Of a stretch of DNA of 64,000 bases, positions 35,720 to 45,200 are shown in pieces. A model generated the notes under the pieces. It saw only the letters and a list, made by a program, of their open reading frames with translations. It did no database searches and was not told where the DNA came from. Both the position numbers and the translations under genes were made by a program. Source of the DNA: Acidimicrobiia bacterium. Its GTDB lineage: Bacteria > Actinomycetota > Acidimicrobiia > Acidimicrobiales > Aldehydirespiratoraceae. Numbering within the stretch: position 1 is the stretch's first letter; each line of letters opens with the position of its first letter. Location of the stretch: NCBI GenBank assembly GCA_024421085.1, contig JAHQYN010000001.1:5009-69008 (forward strand), read 5' to 3'.

Positions 35720-36586
35720 TCAGGCCGGAGAAATCTGTGGATGACCGGCGCGGCCGCAGAGTTCGTCTTCCAAGTGCGCCCATGCGTCTTCGCCGAGGTA
35801 GGCACTGCCACCGTGCTGACGAAATGTCCTTGCGAGTTCGGACAACTTGGAGTTTTCGGTTCCGTCGAGCACTAGGAGCACGGGTGTGAATCCACTAGCT
35901 TTGCAGTCGGCGGGAAAAGAGAGTTCCTCTCCCCAGCGGCCTTGGCCCGACGCGGCGATAGTAACACGAATCTTGATTTCGTATGCCTCTCCACCGCGTA
36001 AACAGTCCACTTGACGGCCCCGACCTGTGCCGCCTCTTCGGACAGGGCTAGAAGCAGCCGGTATCGGCGATCCTCCGATAGCGCCAGCCATGATGGGCTC
36101 GAACAGATATCCTGTTTCCTGCGCAGCTCGATTATCGATGTCGTACATCCACTTGCGCAAGATCAGGAGCGCACCGAGCGCTTCGGCGCTCAAATCACCG
36201 TATTGAAGCAGTCCTCGCGGTCCGACTTGCTCCAGCGAGGGGGTCGCTTGAAAGCGGAGTATATTGGCGAACTTGAGTCGTGCGCGGTGAAGAACTGCGA
36301 GCGACAAGAAATACATGTCGGTGTCAGGCAGGCCGATTTGAACCAGAGCCTCGTACGCATCGAGTCCAGCGGTTTCACCTTCAAGTGACAGTTCGTGTGG
36401 TGCGAACTCGTAGAACTCTCTCGAGTCCATCGTGCCGAGTCCAGTGAGCGACGGCAAGCTGAGATCCCGGACGGTGACAGCTACGAGGGCTCGCACCACG
36501 CTGTCAGTCAACGAGACCGCTTGGCCTCCCGCACCCGTGGCCCGAGCTTTCTCGAACGCCGCGGACTGCGGTTTGTTCAGCACCAC
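35720..36586 (-). CDS. Putative Type II restriction endonuclease (PD-(D/E)xK-like), partner of the adjacent m5C methyltransferase
   Basis: 288 aa. It overlaps the methyltransferase gene by 10 nt. The candidate catalytic motif is QVDCLRGGEAYEIKIR (D-x9-E-x-K). GC is lower, about 57-58% by hand count. Confidence 0.5.
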   Translation of the reverse strand: MVLNKPQSAAFEKARATGAGGQAVSLTDSVVRALVAVTVRDLSLPSLTGLGTMDSREFYEFAPHELSLEGETAGLDAYEALVQIGLPDTDMYFLSLAVLHRARLKFANILRFQATPSLEQVGPRGLLQYGDLSAEALGALLILRKWMYDIDNRAAQETGYLFEPIMAGAIGGSPIPAASSPVRRGGTGRGRQVDCLRGGEAYEIKIRVTIAASGQGRWGEELSFPADCKASGFTPVLLVLDGTENSKLSELARTFRQHGGSAYLGEDAWAHLEDELCGRAGHPQISPA

Positions 36587-37815
36587 AACGGCACGCTACC
36601 GATTTTGTACCGGGCGTTCACGCGTTCGGCGACCCGACGCAGGGCCGGGCTCAATCCGCTGCCATTGCTGACGTGGAACTCGTACAATCGCGGTGACTCA
36701 TCGGCGTGCGAAGGCGCAGACAACTCGCGGCCAGCTACCCACCGGCCGAACAATTCAGCGAAGGGCGGTGGTATAGCATTGCCAATTAGGGTGGCCTGGT
36801 CGGAGCGGCTACCAGAAAACTCGAAACTATCCGGGAAGCCCTGAAGTCGGGCGCATTCTCGCAGCGTCAAGCAGCGGTCTTGAACGGGATGGACGAACTC
36901 TCGGCTCGCCGCGCTGGTGATTGCCTTGGATGGTTCTTCAGCCAGCAATCGGCGAATCCCCGCTGGTGCGCCGCCACGCTTTTCTGAGGGCATCCCGTCC
37001 GATACGCGCCGGTTGGCGCGTCGGGTGTAGCTGTGGTGCCGAAGTTCCTCAGGCAAGTCGCGCATGGTCTGGCCCGGCCCTAGGAGGCTGAAGCGACGGG
37101 TATCGAATTCTGAGGCACAAGCCATAAAATGGCCCTGAACAGTCGCTTGGTCCTCGCTGCCAGCAGGCTCACCTATGCCCTCCAAGGCCTCGATGACAGT
37201 CGGTGCCGGCGGGAGCATCGCCGTGTTGATGGTCTGCGTACCCGGCGCGCCATACGCTCGATGCGACGGGGTCGGGAAGCCCGGATCCGAACCGCGAGTC
37301 CCAATCGCGATAACTCTCTTGCGTAGCTGAGACACACCATAATTCGCGACGTTGACCTTCCGGAGCCGCACCGAATATCCGCCATCTCGCACGCCGTCGA
37401 GCAAGTCGATCACAAAATCGCCGCCCGACGCGGTCAGCATGCCCTCGACGTTCTCGAACAGGAACCACTGAGGTTGCACCTCAACCACCAAACGAGCGAA
37501 CTGGCCCACCAGCGTGTTACGAAGATCGTCAGAACGCCGAGCGCCAGCGGAAGTGAAGCCCTGACATGGCGGTCCCCCGGCTACCAGCGATGGCATCGTA
37601 CCACCCACGCGCTCCAGCAGCCAAGCGCCCGTGAGTTCTCGGACACAGCCAGCCTCAACCACCGTGTCACCGAAATTGCTCCGCAGCGTGTCTAGGGCCG
37701 GTCGCCAGTTGTCGTTAGCCAGAAGCGTGTCGAATCCAGCCCGCTGCAGACCCAACGTCAAGCCCCCAGCGCCCGCAAACAGATCCACACTTGACAGCCG
37801 CGTAGCGCCGCTCAT
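36577..37815 (-). CDS. dcm: DNA (cytosine-5)-methyltransferase
   Basis: 412 aa with the canonical m5C motifs: DLFAGAGGLTLG (I), GGPPCQGFT (IV), FLFENVEGM (VI), QLRKRVIAIG (VIII) and GNAIPPPFAE (X). Confidence 0.9.
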   Translation of the reverse strand: MSGATRLSSVDLFAGAGGLTLGLQRAGFDTLLANDNWRPALDTLRSNFGDTVVEAGCVRELTGAWLLERVGGTMPSLVAGGPPCQGFTSAGARRSDDLRNTLVGQFARLVVEVQPQWFLFENVEGMLTASGGDFVIDLLDGVRDGGYSVRLRKVNVANYGVSQLRKRVIAIGTRGSDPGFPTPSHRAYGAPGTQTINTAMLPPAPTVIEALEGIGEPAGSEDQATVQGHFMACASEFDTRRFSLLGPGQTMRDLPEELRHHSYTRRANRRVSDGMPSEKRGGAPAGIRRLLAEEPSKAITSAASREFVHPVQDRCLTLRECARLQGFPDSFEFSGSRSDQATLIGNAIPPPFAELFGRWVAGRELSAPSHADESPRLYEFHVSNGSGLSPALRRVAERVNARYKIGSVPLWC

Positions 37816-38030
37816 GGCATCACTGACCAGTGCAGTTGCATCGTCAAATCATAGCGGACAGCAGTCAGATCATTAGGGAATACAGCATCTTCGCGTTTGA
37901 GGATGTCTGGTATGACAGTGACGGCAACTTCAGCTGTCCGCTTCGTGTCGATATCTGGAGCAAGACTCTGGCTGGACGCGAGGGAGCTGTGATTCACGAC
38001 GGCCAAGCCAAACCGCCTGGGTCACTGGAT

Positions 38031-38333
38031 GTCGTCGAACGCGCCTCTGCGGATCATGAACTCCTTGCCTCCGCCGCCCTCCTCGGCCGGTGTGCCGAGA
38101 ATGGCGACACGTCCGCCCAGCGCTTCGGCCACACTGGCCGCCGCGAGTCCGGCGCCGAGCCCCGCAGCGGCGATCACATTGTGGCCGCAGGCGTGGCCGA
38201 TCCCGGGGAGTGCGTCGTACTCGCAGCACACCGCGATGGTCGGGCCCGAGGTTCCGACTCGGGCATCGAACGCAGTTGACATGTCGTATGCCCCGCGGTC
38301 GACTGGCAGTCCCTCGCTTTCGATGGCATCGGT
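38031..38333 (-). pseudogene. Duplicated internal fragment of the M20 amidohydrolase gene (right copy of the 303-bp direct repeat)
   Basis: ORF 38022-38417 contains AIESEGLPVDRGAYDMSTAFDARVGTSGPTIAVCCEYDALPGIGHACGHNVIAAAGLGAG...GGGGKEFMIR. This is near-identical to residues ~45-146 of 34507-35682 and is flanked by unrelated sequence. Confidence 0.85.
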
Positions 38334-38469
38334 GTAGGTCACGGCACTGTCGCACCCACCGTGTAAGCTGAGCATTACCTGCATCAACACTGTCAGGGTC
38401 CCGAGAATCGGGGGCAAGCTCTATCGGTGGTTGCGACAGAGTGTAGCGTAGATGTGTTGTGCGGGGTTC

Positions 38470-39100
38470 CAGTTGTGGAGTTTGCGGGGCATGTGGTTGA
38501 GGCCGTCTCAGATGGGCGCGAGGTGTTTGGGGTTCAAGTTGATGCTGGTGAACACTAACGCGACGGGTTTGACGCGTTCGTCGAGGTTGCTGGCGGTTGG
38601 TGTGGCTGCGTTCGTGGCTTTGGCGGAGTGCTGGTGCGAGGTCTGGGTGCGCCAGCGCCGGTTGATCTCTTCGGGCAGTCAGGCGTCTTGGAAATCATCA
38701 GCGAGTTGTTCGACCGTCTCGACGCCGGTTTCGGTGCCGGTGATGTCATAGACGCCGCGCAGAGTCTGGTGGGCATGCCAGGCGTTGGGGCCTCTCCGCG
38801 GAGGTCGCCAGCAGCGAGGCGACCTCACAGTTTGGTCCGGCCGTTGCCGGTGACCCGCTCAGAGGCTGACACCAACAGTTCACAGACCCGACACAGCGGG
38901 TCGTCTTCGCGGCAGCAGTGTCGCAGTGACTGGTCTTGGACCCGGCCGCGGGCACCGTCCCTGTTTACGCGCAGGCTCATTTTGCCTCGTTTCGCGTTCT
39001 TGCAGGTTATGGAACGGGTCCGCGACCTGCTCGGCGGCACCGCGCCGCATCCAACGCGGACCGGCACGGCCCTTCGAGGTCAAGCACCGGCTCCGACAGT
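38470..39100 (-). mobile_element. Degraded ISL3-family-like transposase remnant (multiple frameshifts and in-frame stops)
   Basis: Minus-strand translations give AEQVADPFHNLQE, ..DDPLCRVCELLVSASERV.., AWHAHQTLRGVYDITG..QLADDFQDA*LPEEINRRWRTQ and ..ATNAATPTASNLDERVKPVALVF. These match the order of conserved ISL3 transposase blocks (DxFH, GRxGDPLYRxRxLL, PE..RLxRTLxxW, TNGxTExxNxxIKxxKRxAxGF). They are recognised by eye only. Confidence 0.5.
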
Positions 39101-39264
39101 TCCGCACCCGACCCGCCCCGGACAACCGCATCCCACCGACCCCGAGACGTGTCAAGCCTTCGGAATTGTTGGAGTTGCGTTCGTCGGTCGTGTGTCGTAG
39201 CGTGCCGGTGGCCGCGGCTGCGGTCTTTGTTCGCTGGAGGAGCTGTCTTGAACTTTCACATCAA

Positions 39265-39279
39265 CCCCCCCCCCCCCCC
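39265..39279 (+). repeat. Homopolymeric C tract, 15 nt, ending 13 nt upstream of the proposed GTG start of the giant surface-protein gene
   Basis: Counted directly (C at 39265-39279). Confidence 0.95.
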
Positions 39280-39292
39280 GCTGAAGCGTTTT

Positions 39293-42200
39293 GTGGTTGA
39301 CTCGTCTAAGCGGTGCAACAGCCGCCGGTGGGTGTCGTTGTGGTGTGTTGTGGTGGTTTCGCTGCTGACATCAGCGTCACCGGCAGGGGCGGTAGCCGGG
39401 TACGGCGATGTCGCCGACGGCCAGTATTACACCGAGCCTGTGCAATGGTCTGCCGACAACGACATCACAGGTATCGACGGGAACTGCTTCAGACCCGACG
39501 CGGTCGTCACCCGCGGTGAAGCTTCAGTCTATTTCTGGAACATGGAGAACCGGCCAACCGCGCCCGATCACGGCTTCGGTGATGTCACCGCCGAAACCCA
39601 GAACGCGGCAGTATCGTGGATGGTTCACAACAACATCACCACCGGCACGACACCAACAACTTTCGGTCCTGACACGCCGTTGACCCGCGTCCAGCTCGTC
39701 ACATTCCTGTGGCGTCTGGCTGACCAACCGCCAGCACCAGACCACGGATTCGACGACGTAAAAGCAACCTGGCAACAAGGCAGCGTCTCTTGGGCTGCTG
39801 ACCGTGGAATCACCACCGGCACGTCACCAACTACGTTCTCGCCTGACCTGGAGTTGACGAGGGCGCAGCTCGTCACGTTCTTGTGGCGATACCAAAACAA
39901 ACCCGCAGTCACCATCGACCCATCCTCCCCCCAATGCGGCGACGAATCCGTCCCCACCGACGAACAAACCAACACGTCCGGCAACGAAGTCGAAACGGTC
40001 ACCACCGATGAGCAGGCCGACTCGCCCGGCGGTGAGTTCACATCCGTCTCCGTCGGCGGCTCGCATTCGTGTGGCATCAAGACTGACAACACCGTCACCT
40101 GCTGGGGCTACAACGGAGATGGGCGCGCCGATCCGCCTGACGGTGAATTTACGACAGTTTCCGCCGGCGACGAGCATACGTGCGGTGTCAAGACCGACAA
40201 CACCGTGATCTGCTGGGGGAACAACGATTACCGGCAGGCCGACGCGCCTACCAGTGCGTTCAGAACTGTCTCCGCCGGCGACGAGCATTCGTGTGGGGTC
40301 AAGACTGACAACACCGTGATCTGCTGGGGGAACAACGGATTCGGGTTGGCCGACGCGCCCGACGGAACTTTCGACACCGTCTCCGCCGGTCGGTTGCATT
40401 CGTGTGGGGTCAAGACTGACAACACCGTCGCATGCTGGAGCAACAGCGGAGATGGGCAGGCCGACGCGCCCGACGGAACGTTCGACACCGTCTCCGTCGG
40501 TGGGTCAGATTCGTGTGGGCTCAAAACGGACGCTACCGTCACCTGCTGGAGCCATGGGTGGGAAGAGGGGCACGATTACTACACCTTGTACGGGCCCAGC
40601 GGAGTTTTCAGCGCCGTCTCGGTAGGCGGCAGCCATGCGTGCGGAGTCAAGACTGACAAGACTGTGACTTGCTGGGGCTCCGACTCATTTGGGGAAACCT
40701 TCGCGCCCTACAGTGAATTCAAGACCGTCTCGGTCGGTGCATACCATTCGTGTGGGGTCAAGACTGACAACACTGTCATCTGCTGGGGTTTCATGAGGTG
40801 GGGGCAAGCGCCCAGCGGAGCTTTCAGCGCCGTCTCGGTAGGCGGCAGCCATGCGTGTGGGGTCAAGACTGATAACACTGTCGTCTGCTGGGGCAGCAAC
40901 GGATCCAGTTCGGCGGTTGCCGCGCCTACTGGTGAGTTCAAAACGGTCTCTGCTGGTGGCCACCTTTCGTGTGGGGTCCAAACTGACAACACCGTCATCT
41001 GCTGGGGGATTTCCAACGGTGCGCATGCCCCCGACGGCGAATTCAAAACTGTCTCCGCTGGCCTCGAGTACGGGTGTGGGGCCAAACGCGATGCCACAGT
41101 CGCCTGCTGGGGCCGCAACTGGTGGGGGGAGGCTGACGCGCCCGACGGAGAATTCATAACCGTCTCCGCCGGCAACGGGCACTCGTGTGGGGTCAAGACT
41201 GACAACACGATCACCTGCTGGGGCAACAACGAATTTGGGCAGGCCGACGCGCCCGACGGAACTTTCAGCGCCGTCTCTGCTGGCCCGGAGGGCACAGGTT
41301 TTGTGCAGGGTTCTGAGTGGGGAGACGGTGCCTCACATTCGTGTGGGCTCAAAACGGACGCAACCGTCACGTGCTGGGGCAACAACGAATTTGGGCAGGC
41401 CGACGCGCCCGACGGAACGTTCGACGCCGTCTCCGCCGGTCGGTCACATTCGTGTGGGCTCAAAACGGACGCTACCGTCACCTGCTGGGGCGACAACAGA
41501 GATGGGCAGACCGACGCGCCTGCTGGTGAGTTCAGAACTGTCTCCGCGGGCGGAGACCTTTCGTGTGGGGTTAGGACTGATGCCACCATCACCTGCTGGG
41601 GTTCCGACGTATTGCAGCCCCCCAACACGTCCGACGGCGAAGTCGAAACCGTCCCCACCGATCAGCAAACCGGCGTGTCAGGCGAAGTCGTCACCGTGAC
41701 CTCCGATGAGCAAACCGACACCTCCGACGGCGAATTTACGACGGTCTCCGCCGGGCTCCGCCACTCGTGTGGTGTCAAGACCGACAACACGATGATCTGC
41801 TGGGGCTACAACGAAGACGGCCGGGCCAACGCGCCTGACGGCGAATTTACGACGGTCTCCGCCGGCGAGTGGCATTCGTGTGGTGTCAAGACCGACAACA
41901 CGATCATCTGCTGGGGCTACAACGAAAATGGGCAGGCCAACGCTCCTGCTGGTGAATTTACGACGGTCTCCGTCGGCCTCTGGCATTCGTGTGGGGTCCA
42001 GACCGACAACACGATCATCTGCTGGGGCGACAACCAACGAACCGACGCGCCCGCTGGTGAATTCAGAACTGTCTCCGCCAGTCGCAGGCATTCGTGTGGC
42101 ATCAAGACCGATAACACTGTCACTTGCTGGGGCGGCAACAGTTTTGGGGAAGCCGACGCGCCCGGCAGTGAATTTGCGGCGGTCTCCGCTGGCATCGGGT

Positions 42201-45200
42201 ATTCGTGTGGGGTGAAAACTGATAACACTATCACTTGCTGGGGTAACTATTATGGGCAGGTCGACCCGCCTGCGGGTGCGTTCAGAACTGTCTCCGTCGG
42301 CGACTCGGCTCCGTGTGGCGTCAAGACTGACAACACGGTCGTCTGCTGGGACGCAGCCGGAGGTGGGCGGACCGACGCGCCTGACGGGGAATTTACGACG
42401 GTCTCTACCGGTAACCGGCATTCGTGTGGGCTCAAGACCGACAACACGATCATCTGCTGGGGCTACAACGAAGATGGCCGGGCCAACGCGCCCGGCAGTA
42501 GGTTCAAGAACTTCTCCGCCGGCATCGGGTATTCGTGTGGGGTCAAGACCGACAACACGATCATCTGCTGGGGCAACAACGACCATGGACAGGCCGATCC
42601 GCCTGCTGGTGAATTTACGACGGTCTCTACCGGCAACGGGCATTCGTGTGGGGTCAAGACCGACAACACGATCATCTGCTGGGGCTACAACAAATTTGGG
42701 CAGGCCGATCCGCCTGACGGTGAATTTACAACGGTCACCGCCGGTTACTGGTATTCGTGTGGGCTGAAAACTGATAACACTGTCACTTGCTGGGGCTACA
42801 GTAATCTTGGACAGACCGACCCGCCTGCCGGTGAATTCAGAAATATCTCCGCCGGCAACCGACATTCGTGTGGGGTCAAGACCGACAACACGATCATCTG
42901 CTGGGGCAACAAATACTATGGGTGGATCGATGCGCCTGTTGGCGATTTCAGTACTGTCTCCGCCGGCAACCGGCATTCGTGTGGGGTCAAGACTGATAAC
43001 ACTGTCACTTGCTGGGGCTACAACGACCGTCGGCCGACCGGTGCGTTCAGAACTGTCTCCGCTGGCGGCAGCCATTCGTGTGGGATCAAGACTGATAACA
43101 CTGTCACTTGCTGGGGCTACAACGAATTTGGGCAGGCCGATCCGCCTGACAGCAAATTTACAACGGTCACCGCTGCTTACGGGTATTCGTGTGGGATCAA
43201 GATTGACAACACAGTCACCTGCTGGGGCAAACATCGCTCTGGGGAGGTTGATGCGACTAGTGGTGGACCGGTCGTTGTTGTTGCTAGGGGCGGTTTGGGC
43301 CCGTCTGCGGTTGGTTCCGGGCAGGGCGTGGCGTGCGCGGCGAACACGCCGACATGCCGCTACATCAATATCGAGTTGAGCGGCTTCGACGCGGGCACCT
43401 ACACGGTATCTTGCGCTCACGATGGCTGGGGCGATGTCGGGCCCTCGACGTTTTGGACATTCTCGGTTGCAGTTGACCAGAGCGGTTCAGCGTCGCTCAA
43501 CGGGCCTTGTTTCTTGAATTTTGCGAGGTTGACGGGTAACGGCGCGTATGTGACGGTGAGCGGGTTGGATGTGGATGCTGTGAGGTCCAACTGGCTTGGC
43601 GGGTCGGTTGGTCCGGTGGTGGTGCCGGTTGAGGAACCGGTGGTGGTGCCGGTGGAGGAATCGGTGCCGGCTGCATTGGCTGTGTCGTTGACTAGGACTA
43701 CGGTTGCTGAGGATGCCGGGGCTGTGACGGTGACGGCGGCGTTTGACAGTCCTGTGGAAACTGCCACGACGGTTACGTTCACCGCTTCGGGTGGAACGGC
43801 TGTCGGCGGCGTTGATTTCACGGTGCCAGCGGTGTTTACTGCGGTGGTGGGTGCGGGTTCTTTGTCGGTTGCGGCAACGTTGATTATCACCGACGACGAT
43901 ATTGCTGAGGGCAGCGAGACGTTCACGTTGGGTGCAGTGAGTGGCGATTCGGTGGCCCCCGGGGTGTCAGTGACGATCACCGATAATGATGATGCTCGGG
44001 TGCGGATACTCGACGACAGCGACTATGGTTTGGAAACCGTGACTGTTTTATCGTCAGAGTCAGCGTCGTATTCGGTGTTGTTGAGTTCGGAGCCGACTTC
44101 GATGGTGACGATCACCGCTGAGAGCGATTCTTCGGAGGTTGCGACGGTCGCGCCGTCGGCGCTTACGTTCACGCCGAGCAATTGGGACACGGCGCAGTCT
44201 TTTACGGTGACTGGTCGCGATGATGGTGGTACGTGGGTGAGGCACACATTGTTGAGCAGCGACGGTGAATACAACAAATGGGGGGTTGACCCGATTTTCG
44301 TTGATGTGGCCAAACCTCGGCCTGTTGTTGTGTGTGCTGCCAAAGAAGGCGAGTCAGTTGACAAATACGAAATAAGACGGCATGGTCTAAATAAGCGTGT
44401 GCATGCGCTTCGAAGCTTTTCGATCCCGCGGTGGGGGGAACAAGTTCAAGTTGGCGAAGAGGGCGGGAAGGTGGCTGGCGACCTCAGCCTTTCGCAGTTC
44501 GGGTGCGCGTGGGTGGAGAAGAACGCGGTTATTGGCAAAAGAGCCAGGGTGTTGATCAATGCGCTGCTTAAAGACAATGCCCTCGCTACCGGCAACGCGA
44601 TAGTTTTTGGCCGTGCATTAATCTACGGCCAAGCCCAGGTTTACGATGACGCTTGGGTTTATGGCAACGCCGAAGTGTCAGGCAAGGCCAGGGTCTACGG
44701 CGACGCCAGAGTTCACGGCGACGCCGAAGTGTCAGGTGACGCCAGGGTCTACGGCGATGCCAAAGTTCACGGAGATGCCGAAGTGTCAGGCGATGCCAGG
44801 ATTTCCGGTTACGTAGAGGTTCGCGGCAAAGCTCGATTGGGTTTCGGCGATGATGTAACCTGCTCTGAGGCCATGAAGGGCAATGACGCATGCATCTACG
44901 ACGGCAAGACTGAATATGAATATGCGGCCGAGCAGTATATGGCCAAACTCAAGCAAGAGCTAAAGGCTGATCTTGGAACCTGTCCTTTTCGAGACGAAAA
45001 CGCACTAAACGACTTTGTCGATAAGCTCTTAGATCCGTCAATATCAATACATGGCACCGTTAACGAGGCGACAGAAATCGGTTGTGCGCTAAAGAAAACC
45101 TGGCTCAATATCATCGAAGCGTTGACACCGGGCTCAGTTGAATTGGTTTTTGGTCTAGGTCTTTCGTATCTTGGCGCTTTCAGGGAAATCAAATTCGCGC

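Noticed and set aside
38936-39292. ATG at 38936 as the start of the giant ORF (2143 aa).
   Set aside because: The first ~119 codons read through the degraded transposase remnant and the poly-C tract and look non-protein-like. A signal peptide begins only after the GTG at 39293.
41678-43420. 580-aa minus-strand ORF, and other antisense ORFs inside the RCC1 repeat region.
   Set aside because: These are mirror images of the plus-strand repeats: periodic, low-complexity, and with no independent motif. The plus-strand frame carries the conserved blade pattern.
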